64,000 nucleotides of DNA from Octopus sinensis (lineage: Eukaryota): NCBI RefSeq assembly GCF_006345805.1, contig NC_043020.1:29326001-29390000 (forward strand), in the 5' to 3' direction. Positions within the stretch are counted from its first letter, which is position 1. Each line of letters opens with the position of its first letter. A program made the position numbers and the translations under genes. Under the pieces are notes generated by a model that did not search any database, was not told the DNA's origin, and worked only from the letters and a program-made list of their open reading frames with translations. Of the stretch, positions 1 through 13,275 are shown one piece after another.

Positions 1-40
1 ATGATCTCTCTTTTAACTTCAATAACTGATCTTAAGGTTA

Positions 41-540
<500 letters not shown>

Positions 541-689
541 GAATGTTATGAGTGTTGAAAAATTTACTGTATTTGTATGACGGCGGAAAATGTCTCACCG
601 GAAACAGAAATTCCCAACAAATGTCCCCTTGTTACAACCTAGTCATATAACGGATTGAACCAAATTATCTTCCGCTTCCAAGCTCTACT

Positions 690-1060
690 CTAGTATTGCC
701 CGTAATTTCTTTGTGTCCTAGGCTTCCACTGAAGCTCTTCTGCTGTTCTGTGCATCACTACGACAGCGATGCTTCTATCTGAGGATACAGCAGAGATGCT
801 TTTATCTACTTCAATTGCATGCTTCCTAATTATAACGATTGGCCAGTCATTTTGGTGGCTGTTTGTGGTGGAGTGCTTGCAAGGTCAAGTGCTTAACGTA
901 ATGTTATGTCTAGAAAGCTGTCTGTGCTTAAGACTGTGATGATGTTGATGGCGAAGTCAAACTTCTTAAATATCGGCTAAACGAGTGCATCTGGAACACA
1001 GCTTTCTGCGCCATAGATTGCTTCACCGACCGCACGTACGCCGTACGTGCCTGGAACTCC
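690..1060 (-). mobile_element. possible heavily decayed RTE-clade LINE C-terminal remnant
   Basis: Minus-strand reading RAVGEAIYGAESC...EELQWKPRTQR loosely resembles the RTE RT C-terminus (ESILLYGAETW...LQWKP). Several stops and frameshifts; similarity judged by eye. Confidence 0.3.
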
Positions 1061-1095
1061 GAACGATAATGGACCGAATAACCAACTAATTGCCA

Positions 1096-1600
1096 ATACA
1101 TGCATACATACATAATCATACATACATACATACATACATACATACATACATACGTACGTACGTACGTACATACATACATACATATATACATACATACATA
1201 CGTACATGCATACATACATACATACATACATACATAATCATACATACATACATACATACGTACATACATACATACATACGTACGTACATACATACATACA
1301 TATATACATACATAATCATACATACATACATACATACATACATAATCATACATACATACATACATCATACATACATACATACATACATACATACACACAT
1401 ACATATATACATACATAATCATACATACATACATACATACATACATACATGCATACATACTCACACACATACATACATACATACATACATACATACAAAA
1501 TGCATACATACATACATACATATATACATACATACATACATAAATACATACATACATACAAACATACACACATACATACATACATACATACATACATTTA
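1096..1600. repeat. (TACA)n microsatellite, interrupted
   Basis: Direct reading; source of the MYVC/HTYI ORFs. Confidence 0.97.
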
Positions 1601-1817
1601 CATACACAGAAGCCAGTTCCTTCTTCTGAGAAAGAATTAAAATGATTAAAAACGGAAGAAAAACACGCGCGCGTGCACGCACACCCATATTCTTATATGA
1701 AGACATCGATATAATGTTATCTGTGTGTACACATATTCACGCATACATGCATACACTCATGCGCATACACATAGACGTGTATGCCATTATTCAGTTTTAT
1801 TTCCGTTTTATGCAGAT

Positions 1818-1901
1818 ATATAGACAGACAGACAGACAGACAGACAGATAAATAGATAGATAGATAGATAGATAGACAGATAGGTAGATAGATAGATAGA
1901 C

Positions 1902-1935
<34 letters not shown>

Positions 1936-1989
1936 GTAGGTAGATAGATAAGATATATAGATAGATAGATAGGTAGGTAGGTAGGTAGG

Positions 1990-2035
<46 letters not shown>

Positions 2036-2119
2036 TAGATAGATAGATAGATAGATAGATTGATAGATAGATAGATAGATAAGATATATTGATAGATAGA
2101 TATAGATAGATAGATAGAT

Positions 2120-2159
<40 letters not shown>

Positions 2160-2201
2160 GTAGGTAGGTAGGTAGATAGATAGATAGATAGATTGCACGC
2201 T

Positions 2202-2250
<49 letters not shown>

Positions 2251-2403
2251 CGAAGGAAAAGTTAGGAAAAGTGAAATAAAGAGGAAAGAGAGAGACAGTA
2301 TGTGTGTATGAACTAAGAGCTGAAGAGGAGTCAGAGAGAGAGAAAGAGACAAAGTAGAGACAGACAGACAAACAGACAAAATTGGAGAGAGACGGAGAGA
2401 CAC

Positions 2404-2444
<41 letters not shown>

Positions 2445-2670
2445 GTAGAGGGCGAGAGAGAGACCGACAGACACAGACAAAACTGGAGAGAGATGGAGAG
2501 AGAGTGAGCGAGACAACGTAGAGAGAGACAGAGAGAGAGAGAGACAGAGAGAGAGACAGACAGACAGACAGAATTGGAGAGAGACGGAGAGAGAGAAAGT
2601 GGAGAGAGAGACAGAATTGGAGAGAGAGTGAAAGAGAAAGAGAGGAAGGAGAGAAGAGAGAGAAGAGAGT
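1818..2670. repeat. compound (GACA)n/(GATA)n/(GGTA)n/(TA)n/(GA)n microsatellite block
   Basis: Direct reading. Confidence 0.95.
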
Positions 2671-2799
2671 GAGAGTCTTGTGAAGAAGAAGAAGAAGGAA
2701 ATAGATGTTGTGTGTTAAAATAGGTTTTAATGTGAGGCAGTGTTCTTGTTGTTTCTATTCTCAGCTGAACGGAATCTAAATATAGAACAAAACTGGAAG

Positions 2800-2831
<32 letters not shown>

Positions 2832-3019
2832 GCAGTACTAGCAACAGCAATGGCGATGGTGGTGCTGATAGTGGTGGATAGTATTGATAGTCACTCTCTA
2901 TCTGCCTGTCTGCTTATATCTCTCGCTTTCTTTCTTTCTCTCTCTCTCTCTCTCTTTTCCTCTTTCACTTTCCCTCTCTCCTCTGCTACTGTTGTGACAA
3001 ATACAAAACAACAGCAACA

Positions 3020-3078
3020 GATCATCATCATCATCATCATCATCGTCGTCATCATCATCGTCATCATCATCATCATCG

Positions 3079-3116
<38 letters not shown>

Positions 3117-3355
3117 TTTGTCATCATCATCGTCATCATCATCATCATCTTTGTCATCATCCGTCACCGTCGTCATCATCATCATCATCATTACATTCTT
3201 ATTGTTGTTGTCGTTGTCGTCGTCACCATGATCATTGCCATCATCATGATCGTTCGTCGTCGCTGTCATCATCATCATCATTATCATCATCATTATCATA
3301 ATCATCATTATCATCACCATCGATCGGCGTTGTCGTCGTCATCATCATCACCATC
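3020..3355. repeat. (CAT)n/(CGT)n trinucleotide array
   Basis: Direct reading; explains the poly-I/H/D/M ORFs. Confidence 0.95.
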
Positions 3356-3469
3356 ACTCCTGTATATATATATGTTTGGTACCTGTCTTGTAAAAATATT
3401 TACGAACAAAAAAAAAACCGTTAAAAGAAATAAATTGTGGCGGATCTGTCCATGACAAGTTCAATTCCA

Positions 3470-4750
3470 TGCGATGCATCCAGAAGATAGTGGGGTAACT
3501 AAACTGGCTTCAAGAAAGTTTTCCGATCGATGTGGATCAATCGAAATCTTTCGATAAGTTCGATCACCTTCACTTGGCAACTGTCTTCGGTGCAGCTGGT
3601 TACCGTTCCATCTTTCAGGGGCTGGATCGCTTTAATGTACGGTAGCATCTACTCAGTGGTCACCTGTCGGAGCTGTTTCGAATCACACTCCCAGCCTGTT
3701 CCCAATCTCATCTTTTCTGTGACTTGAGAGTCACTTCGGGGAAAACTGGATATGTTGATGCTCTTCCCGTTCGAACCGAGAGCTGTGTCCACATATGAAG
3801 GCGACATTATTGAAATGGTGTCAAATACCAGGGAGCTCGGTGGGGTCAGTAGCATTGAAAACGCGTACGACGTGGGGATAGGAGTAAAATTTAAACCAGG
3901 CGAATCAGTGGGCTTTCAATTTAGCACAAAGACAGACGAGTCTGTGCGCCAGACAGTGTTGTAGTGTACTGGATAGGCCAGACGGTTTTGTTGTTTGACA
4001 TATGACTCAATGCGGACCCTCAATATGGACAGGAACGAGATTCCGTGTAAGATGGTCAGGCACATCTAAAAATGGAAAGAGAGAGAGCGAAAGAGATAGA
4101 GAAAGCTATTAATTCGTCGTGTATTACAGCCTGGACATCGTACCTTGCACGGGTTTCCATCTGGCTAGATTGGAACGTCTGGTCTTTCGCTTCATCTGGT
4201 CGATCTCTTCTAGAGATCGGTTTTCTATCAAAACCCTCTTTACGGAGGGCTCAGTGGACAATTGTTGAAGATACACGCTAAAGCTGCAATATCTGCAGAG
4301 ATTTCTGTACAGTGAGTTGGTGTGGTCACCTTCTATCAAACCCATTTTCCCGCAGCTCAACATTTTGACGGAGCTTCTGTCCTGAGTCAAGCACAGACGA
4401 AGACGCTTGGTGCCTGCAGTCTTTTATCTACAGTTGGCCAATGCAGTCGGCTAATGGAGTTCTGTCGCACATCTATTGTTGTATTCCGGACTTCCTTTGC
4501 CCAGATACGCCGGCACTTCTTTTCCATTTGATAGCTGCAGTGAAAGAGTTTAAGTATTGGACGCGGCTGAAAGGACTAAGGACAGACCTTTTCCCCTCTT
4601 CTCTTTTACAAAGCCCTCACTAACTTTTTCAACTGCCTCTTGTAGAGGAAGATAGACAGAGTGGTGCTTCCTTTCAATAAATTCTTTAGGAAATAGTATC
4701 TGAGAGTGTCAGGTTCTTTCACTGGAACTAAGTGGCAATTCTGCCCTTGA
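3470..4750 (+). mobile_element. decayed Tx1/L1-clade LINE, ORF2 reverse transcriptase to C-terminus
   Basis: Frameshifted translation gives DVDQSKSFDKFDH (LDxSKAFDRVDH motif), WIALMYGSI, VSTYEGDIIEMVS (YADD-like), GESVGFQ, VWSPSIKPIFPQL and AVKEFKYWTRLKGLRTD. The motifs are collinear with the second copy at 36860-38045. Confidence 0.85.
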
Positions 4751-4775
4751 AACGTTATCATATTGTTTATACAGG

Positions 4776-4985
4776 CGCATGCGTGGCTCTGTGGTAAGTA
4801 TTAAAATGATGATGACTTTGTTTTACTTGAATTAATTTTGAAAATATTTTTATCTTTAACTGTGGTTTCGATTCCAGAGCCAGGAGCTGCATAATGTTCT
4901 TGAGCAAAACATTTCATTTCGTGTTGCTCCAGTTCTCCACTCAGCTGGCAAAAATGAGTAACCCTGCAATAGACATCACACAAAC
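4776..4985 (+). mobile_element. CORE-type SINE variant head, interrupted by an AT-rich insert
   Basis: GGCGCATGCGTGGCTCTGTGGTAAG...GGTTTCGATTCC...TTGAGCAAAACATTTCATTTCGTGTTGCTCCAG; related segments at 32225-32440 (+) and 50300-50485 (-). Confidence 0.65.
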
Positions 4986-6291
4986 TGGGAAACCGACCAA
5001 AAGAGTTTATATGACTCGAGAGGGACCTTTATTTGTGGTGTTTAAAGACAAGGACGACGCGAAGCGACAAACAGAGACAGTTCGGAGATACATTTGTCTT
5101 TTAGGCTCAAACCACAATACGTAGAACAGTGTAACACAAGGGTCAAAGGCAGCATCATTGGCCATTGGATCATCGTCCCCTTTGTAAGATAGGGGCAGGT
5201 GATGAGTGCAAAATCTATGAAAAATGATGCGTGGTTGGGAAGGGTGGGTTGTGGTGAAAGAGTACAGCGGGGTTACCGTTGTTGTTGTTGTTGTTGTCGT
5301 TATTGCTGTTATTATTGTTATCAGCGTGGTTATTGTTATTGTTGTTATTGTGGTGGTTCCTCTTACCATTTGTTGTTGTTGTTTTTGCTGTTGTTACTTC
5401 CGTTGTTGTCGTTGTTGTTGTTGCGTCTACGATGCTTTTTTCTTTCTTTCGAAGGAAGTTCCTTGCCGGGGGGGGGGGGTCAGCTACGCCGTTGTCGCCG
5501 TCCCCGCCAGGACGGCAGCGCGATCCGGTCATTGTCCTTCCCAGCAACAATGCTGCGGTTCACAATATCGACATCTCGAATATGTAAACAAACGAACATG
5601 TGGGTTGGGCCAGGGTGGACTCGGCGAGAAATAGCAACTTACGACACCGAAACACGCACACCCAAATGTAAACATTGACACACGCACGGATACACACACA
5701 CACACACACCACAAACATATATGTGCACACTGACAACGAAATGTACACATGTATACACATGTATTTGTACATGTGGGGATAGACATACACAAATATACCT
5801 ATACATACATACATACTTACACATAAACATACATTTCTGTGTATATATATATATATATCTGTATCTCTCACACACACATACACACACACACACATACACA
5901 TAGCAGGCTAGCTAGTTACCCGACATACATACATACATACATACATACATACACACATACATACATACATACATACATACATACACACACATACATACAC
6001 ACATACATACATACATACATACATACATACATACATACAGACAGACAGACAGACAGACAGACACACAGACACACAGACACACAGACACACAGACAGATAG
6101 ATAGAGTGATGCATAAGTGCAGAATGATATACAAACACACACAAGCACTTAAACACGCACAAACATACACATACACATACACGCATATATATATATATAT
6201 ACATAGAGAGAAACACTGACATATATATACATATATATATAGATATACATATATATATATACATATATATATAGATATACATATATATATG

Positions 6292-6337
<46 letters not shown>

Positions 6338-6783
6338 AGCAAAACACAAGCACCTGCACCCACCCCGCATATACCCACGTATACACATTGCTCGACACAA
6401 CATGCGTACAATGTGGTGTCGGCATGTGCTTTTGCAAATGTGTATATACACACACTACAACTGTTGATGTGTCGCTTATGAACCAATCATTCATTGAAAA
6501 GCTCCGCTGCAAGAATCCGAAATTCATTGCTTCTTCGCTTCCTCCTTTCTTTCCATTCTCATTATATTTTGTTTTATTGAACAGGTAAACCACTCCGAAG
6601 AGCATCGCCATATATAGATGCGTTGCTTCGCTAGAATACTTCGGATACAAACAAGCTGAGATAGACTTCCAGTGCCAGCTACACGCGTGCTGCATGTGCA
6701 AATGCTACCTGAGATCGACTAAGCTAGGATTATGGAAGTGCACGCATACAGGTACACACACACACACACACACACATATGCAA

Positions 6784-6884
<101 letters not shown>

Positions 6885-7142
6885 TGTATATGTATATATG
6901 TGGACGTTAGCAGGTGACACATGCGTCGAATGACTTTGGCGTGTATGTGCGTGTGTTAGTGTGTGTACTTGGAGACGTATAGTCAATGAATACGTAAACA
7001 CAAACACACACACACGTACATAATCTTGTATGCATATACACTTACACACACTGACACGATCATCGAGTGATTTCCGTTCATTAAATCTCATATATTAATT
7101 ACATTAATTACAGCATCAATATGCATATATCTGTCAGATTAC

Positions 7143-7259
<117 letters not shown>

Positions 7260-7359
7260 CATACATATATATATACTCATACACACATACACACACGCCT
7301 CTACGTGAGATTTAGATGTGTATATAAATATGTAGATATATGCGTATATATATATATAT

Positions 7360-7470
7360 ATAAGTGTAGGTGTGTGTTGTAGGATGTCTGCTCCCCAACC
7401 ACATGGTTCCATGTACAATCGCACTGCACGGCACCTTGGGCAAGTGGCTACTATTATAGCCTCGGGTAAA
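7360..7470 (+). mobile_element. CORE-type SINE (family B) head fragment
   Basis: CAACCACATGGTTCC...CACCTTGGGCAAGTG...CTATAGCCTCGGG matches 41-150. Confidence 0.8.
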
Positions 7471-7474
7471 TAAA

Positions 7475-8571
7475 ACCATACCGCGATACTAGTTTCGGAT
7501 CAAGTGTTTTTCCATGTTGGGAAACATATGATAGTTAGAGGGGGCCAAATCAGGAGAATTGATCAACCAGTTCAAATCCACAGCCACGCACAACAGACAT
7601 TGAAACCAAGGACTTGTGTGCTGGAGCATTGTCCTGACAAAACAAAACCCATTTCGTCAGTTTCCCCGACCTTGATATCTTGTCGTAACTGTTTCAGCAA
7701 GTTGGCGTAGTACTTTCCATTGGTGGTGTGGCCCTTTTGAAGACAGTCAATAAACACGGTGTCTAAACACGATGCCCTTTGCATCCCAAACAACTGAAGT
7801 TTCCTGCAGCTGAAACGATCTTAGCCTTCTTTGGAGCAGGTGACGGGCTGGGGGGTGTTTCCACTGTATAGATTGTCTCTGGCTCCGGTTCAAATTGGTG
7901 AACCCAACGCTCATCCCGGGCTTGAAAACCTTCAAGAAACCCTTCAAGAAACCCAACTGGATTTGCCTCAAGCTATGTCAGATTTTCCCGTGGTGTAATC
8001 AACCTGGTGCACTTTTGATCAGGTGTCGGATGTGACACCCACCAAGCAGAAAGCTTTATCATGCCAAGTTCAATGTGCAGAATATTCTCAACTCTCTCAC
8101 GGGATACACTTATAACATTGGCTATTTGATGTTATAATCAATCACCTGTCATCCATCTCCATTGTGGAAAACACGATAAAAGTTTTCCTCGGTGGTGACA
8201 ATTACAGGACGTCCAGACCTTGGGTCATCTCCAAGGCTGTCCCTTAAACTCTTTAATGCAGCTGCCCACTTTTACACTGCTGATAAAGCTGTCCATCCCC
8301 TAATGTAGCAACCATGCCAGCATGAATGTCCTTTGGTGTTAAACCCCTTTTCTGCAGGTACATGACGCCAAATTTTGCTCGTTTTCAAGAGAAGTCGCTA
8401 CTAATTACTTTCGAAGCCTTCTTTGAAAATGTGGATGTCAGTTTGCCTGCGGAAAAGCATAGCAAAGGAAACAAGGCAGTTATTAATAAGAAGGGTCGGA
8501 GTTGATGCCTGCAACATTTCACGGCTCTGGCATCACTCCTTCATAGTCATGACCTTTTCAGCCAACCCTCG
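7475..8571 (-). mobile_element. decayed mariner (Tc1/mariner) DNA transposon, 5' TIR present, 3' end missing
   Basis: Minus strand begins TA-CGAGGGTTGGCTGAAAAG (mariner-type TIR, TA target at 8572-8573). Broken reading includes QSIQWKHP, WDAKGIVF, LQKGHTTNGKYYANLL, CGFELVD and SPDLAPSNYHMFP (YSPDLAPSD-like motif). Confidence 0.92.
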
Positions 8572-8870
8572 TACTTGTAATATATAAACACGAGACAAAG
8601 AGGACCCCACCCCCACCACCATCACCAGCCGTCCAAGAATTTGGACCTGGAGATTTCCATTTCCAGCAACTTCGAGAGCCACCTCCCAGTGGTGTCAGGC
8701 GTCAACGAAGAACCCTCGACTACAACAAGACGACCAAAGTTTTTTTTTTTCCAAGGTCTGGGGTCTCCCGCCCCTAAACTCTAGACCATCCCCTAATCAC
8801 GCTTACCTGTCTTGTTGCTTAACAACAACAACCACCATCACCACTTTCTTCCTAGCTGCTAATCCTGGTA

Positions 8871-8896
8871 GAAATAGCAGCCAAATCTCCCTCAAA
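8871..8896 (+). repeat. short dispersed repeat core GAAATAGCAGCCAAATCTCCCTCAAA (family D)
   Basis: Further copies at 9528-9555 (+), 14258-14282 (-), 17750-17780 (-), 20501-20527 (+), 45241-45270 (+) and a variant near 61945-61990 (+). Confidence 0.75.
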
Positions 8897-9254
8897 CCAC
8901 GCTACTGCTTTACCTTTAGAATTAACCATCGATCCTTGTCAGACGGAACCAAACAAAAACCAAAGCGTGAAACACCTTTGGTCACAGATCCGCTTGCTGC
9001 GCAGCAACAGCAGCAACAACATCAATTACGACGACAACAACAACGATAATAGCAACATCGTTACGACAACAGCATCAATAACAACGTTATCGAACCTTGC
9101 TTGCACCAAACCCGACCATATCAGTTCCGCTGTTCGATCAATAATACTAAATCACACCTGGACTTATGCACAGTCAGTTGTGCAGCGAAATAGTCTCACT
9201 ACCTTGCAGCTGCACAATTGGTAGTGGCGGTAGTAGCTGTAGTAGACGAAATGA

Positions 9255-9352
9255 TAGTAGTAGTAGTAGTAGTAGTAAATGATGGTAGTGGTGTTGGTGG
9301 TAGGGGTGATTGTAGTAATAGTAGTGGAAGTAGTAGTAGTAGTAGTAGTAGT

Positions 9353-9428
<76 letters not shown>

Positions 9429-9430
9429 AC
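9255..9430. repeat. (AGT)n-(AGC)n-(AGT)n compound trinucleotide repeat
   Basis: Direct reading. Confidence 0.95.
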
Positions 9431-9649
9431 AGCAGTGGTGATGGTGGTGGTGTTGATGTTCGCGTCATGGTTAGTATCGTCATTAACGTCCGAGGAGGCT
9501 CTATGTGGTCGCACCACCCCTGCATGTAATAGCAACTAAATAGCCCTCAAATCACGTCCTACCGTCCTGTTTTTTTGTTTTTCTGAGAAGCACGTATTGC
9601 ATGCTGTACTTCGGAGAACAACAAAGACAATAATAATGGTTTCTTACAT

Positions 9650-9770
9650 AGGCGCAGGTATGGCCGTGTGGTTAGGAAACTTGGGTTTGCTGCTGAGTGG
9701 TTTCGGGTTCAGTCCCACTGCCTGGTACCTTAGGCACGTGTCTTCTACTACAGCCCTGGGCCGACCAATA
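9650..9770 (+). mobile_element. CORE-type SINE (family B) head fragment
   Basis: GGCGCAGGTATGGCCGTGTGGTTAG...GGGTTCAGTCCCACTG...GTGTCTTCTACTACAGCC. Confidence 0.8.
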
Positions 9771-9789
9771 TTCCATCGACGCCAAAAGG

Positions 9790-10560
9790 ATGAAAGGCCA
9801 ATTTGTGGTCTTGCATTATCGTTTAAGAGCAACACACTTTTGCGATTGGCTAATGAAGGGTGCATTTCTGCAAATTCGAACGCAATGCTTCAATTTGACG
9901 AGAATACTTTTCAGCATTAATTGTTTCGTTTTGGCTTAGCACTTCATGATAATCGACACCCTTCATATGCCATCAAACACGGGATGTAACTTTTATCGAG
10001 TGTAATCCTAGTTTCGAGATGGGCTCTCCTTTTCCAATGAGTGCCAACCCTTGTTGTTTTCGTCAAGTATGATTATAGAAAGCCCGCGTTTCATCACTTG
10101 TGGCGATTCTACCCGGGAAAGGTCTTCTAACCATTCTACTTCTCTATGACGAGCAGAGGGAGACTTTTTGATTAAATTGAGAAGCAGACAGATGACAAGA
10201 GACCGAATAATCGAGACACCTTCATGAATTAGGACATTTTTTCCCTAATTCATAGAGTTGTTTTATGATTGAAGTATGACATGAATCGAACCATTTTTCC
10301 TAATTCCTGCTCAGATTGCTTAGGATATTCCTCAGCTACGGTTTTCAGACGCTCAGTATTAAGAAAACTTGATCGTCCAGATTGAGGAGAATGAGCGAGA
10401 GAAAAATATCCCTAGCGAAACTCATTAAACTATTGTTGATATGTCTGGACGCCCAATGCTTCATGTCCAGAGAAAGAACGAATATCTCATGCCGCTTCCA
10501 TTGATGAAGAACCCCTTTTCAATTCACACAATAGTGACCGATATGGTTCTGATCTAAACT
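9790..10560 (-). mobile_element. decayed mariner transposase (Mos1/Hsmar-like), second subfamily
   Basis: Minus-strand reading LCELKRGSSSMEAA*DI...SPQSGRS...IATSDET (first catalytic D, TGDEKW-like)...WHMKGVDYHEVLSQNETINAEKYSRQI...HPSLANRKSVLLLNDNARPQ (HDNARPH motif). Multiple stops. Confidence 0.88.
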
Positions 10561-11222
10561 CATAACGGGTAAAACCGTTACAAATTTTATCATTATCTGC
10601 AAAGAAAGAAGAGAAAAATATTAGTGTTAAAAAGAATTAATGCTTATTTTACCGAAAGTACCCTCGATGCGATCATTTCAAAAATGCAATAAGACTTTCC
10701 ATACACACACACACACACATCGATGCGCTCTCTCAAGCACCCTGTATGTGTGTGTGGTGTGTCTGCAACATGCATCGATGGTTGTAGAAGACCGGGTTGG
10801 GTGTAGGAGTGAGATCTTGCCTTGACCGCGTCGAGAAAGTTGTAAAGAAGGACGGCAGCAGGAGACCAGAGTCGAATAACGAATAAACTCTCGGCTCTGA
10901 ATGAATAGTAAGACAGCGTTGTACTAGGACGAGTATTGAATGGTGGCCAGTGTAGGAGTGTCTCATTCGGAATCTGTTAATGGGAGCTTCAGAGATCTTA
11001 CATCGCAACCGGCATGATATCGACAATAACAGCTGCGGTTGTGCTGAGGGTGGTGGCGGTGGTGGTGGTGGTGGTGGTGGTTGTGCTTTCACCATATCAT
11101 CTCTGATCGAACAACTCCTATTTTCGAAGATGTTCACGCTTCGATGATCAGTGGTTTATTATGATTATTGTTGTTGTTGTTATTAATTATTATTACTATT
11201 ATTATTACTATTATTATTATTA

Positions 11223-11269
<47 letters not shown>

Positions 11270-11277
11270 TATTATTA

Positions 11278-11492
11278 AGGCAGCGAGCTGGCAGAATCGT
11301 TAGCACACCGGGCGAAATGCTTACCGGCATTTCGTCTGCCGCTACGGTCCTGAGCTCAAATTCCGCCGAGGTCGACCTTGTCTTTCATCCTTTCGAGGTC
11401 GACAAAATGAGTACCAGTTGAGCACTGGGGTCGCTGTAATCGATTATCCCCCTCCCCCGACATTTCAGGCCTTGTGCCTTTAGTAAGAAAGG
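11278..11492 (+). mobile_element. tRNA-headed SINE family A, full length
   Basis: GGCAGCGAGCTGGCAGAATCGTTAG (A-box-like), GAGCTCAAATTCC (B-box-like) and body GTCGACCTTGTCTTTCATCCTTTCGAGGTCGACAAAATGAGTACCAG. Confidence 0.9.
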
Positions 11493-11729
11493 ATAACTGT
11501 CATTACACTAAAGAATACGATGCCCTATGCTGGAGACTGTAGGGGGTTTGTTTGCGGGTGGTTTGGTTGGCTGCCATTTCTAGTAGGATCCAATGACCGC
11601 GTCCAAAGCCCTTCCGGCCAACTATTGGAGAGACTAATGTGATGCAGAGATTTACATCGCTTTTATTATCCGCGTCAGCTGACAATTTGTAAACAATGCA
11701 TTATTATAAACATACATATATATATACAT

Positions 11730-12167
11730 ATATATATACACACGGCAGAATACTTACCGTGCCGGACAAAATGCTCAACCGCATTTCTTCCGGCTTTGAC
11801 GTTCTGAGCTCAAAAAATCCGCCCGGGTCGACTTTGCTTCCCGTCCTTTCAGAGTCGATGAAATAAGTACCAGTTACACTCTGGGGGTCGATGCAATCGA
11901 CTGCCCCCCCCCCATCCCACTAAAAAGAATTTCAGGTTTTGCGCCTGTAGTAGAAAGGACTGTTATAAGTATTAAGAAGAGAGCGAGCTGGCAGAATCAT
12001 GAGCAAGCCGGATCAAATACTTAGCGGCATTTCGTCCGTCTTTACGTACTGAGTTCAAATGGTTGGGGCCGATAAAATAAGTACCAGTTACGTATTGGGG
12101 TCGATGCAATCGACTTGCCACTCCCCCGAAACTATTGGCCCTCAACCAAAATTTTAAATCATCATCA

Positions 12168-12201
<34 letters not shown>

Positions 12202-12445
12202 CATTATTTTATTATTATTATTGTTGTTGTTGACGAGCTGGTACAACCCTTAGCACGCCGGACAAAATGCTTAGCGGCTTTTCTTCCGGGTTTACATTCG
12301 TGAGTTCAACTTCCACCGAAGTCGACCTTGCCTTTATTCGTTTTGGGGTCCATGAAATAAGTACCAGTTTAAGCACTGGGGTCGGCGTAATCGAGCCCCC
12401 CCCCCCTCCTAAAATTGCAGGCTTTGTGCATTTAGTAGAAAGGAC
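11730..12445 (+). mobile_element. three further family A SINE copies, head to tail (~11730-11962, 11980-12150, 12233-12445)
   Basis: Each carries the GTCGAC...ATAAGTACCAGTT...GGGGTCG body; the second and third are separated by an (ATT)n tract. Confidence 0.85.
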
Positions 12446-12608
12446 TATTGTTATTATTATTATTATTATTACTAATCGGTGTTGTTATTGTTCGTAGTGT
12501 TACCGTTGCTATCATTGGCCGATGAGCCAATATACTCTTCCTTGTGTATTGAGCTCTATTCCTACTGCTTGTAAGACTAATGTGTGTATGTGTGTGTTTG
12601 TGTGTGTT

Positions 12609-12641
<33 letters not shown>

Positions 12642-12883
12642 AAGAAAGAGAGAGAAAGAGAGAGAGAACCAGACGGACAGACAGACAGACAGAGGCCTCT
12701 TGTAGTATTTTCGTTAGTAGGGTAGTAGGGTAGAGCCTTTAAGAATTACTTAAAAATAAACATGCAAGCTTCATTCTGTTTCTCAACGGTTTGCAAATTT
12801 ACAAACGATATGAATCAGATCTCGCTTAATCATATCTTTATTTCGGGAATGTACTATTAGATTTGAAAAAGAGATTTCAGCCA

Positions 12884-13275
12884 GGGGTGGGCATGGCTGT
12901 GAAGTTAAGAAGCCTCTTTTGCAACCACGTGCACCTGGGGCCTGAGTCTTGTACTACAGCCACCAATGCCTTGTGAATGAATTTGGGTGGCGGAAACTGT
13001 ATGGAAGCTCGTTGTATATATGCATATCTGTTTTTTTTTTAAATCTTTATGCTTGTGTTTGTGTATCACCACCGCCACTTGAGAACCGGTGTTGGTTTGT
13101 TTATGTCCTAGTAATTTTTTTGCGGCGCGGCAAAAGCAACCGATAGAATATGTATCTGAGTTAACAAAAATAAATAGATAAATAGAATAGATAAAACTGG
13201 TGTCGATTAGTTCGGCTAAACCCTTTAGGGCGGTGCCCCAGCATGGCCGAAATCCAATGCTTGGAGCAAGTAATA
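12884..13275 (+). mobile_element. diverged CORE-type SINE (family B)
   Basis: Collinear with 41-540: GCCTTGTGAATGAATTTGG, CACTTGAGAACCGGTGTTGG, GGCGGTGCCCCAGCATGGCC. Confidence 0.8.

Noticed and set aside
8620-8810. Short open frames and a minus-strand donor (CTTACCTG, 8802-8809)
   Set aside because: No recognisable protein, and the would-be exon overlaps repeat family D.
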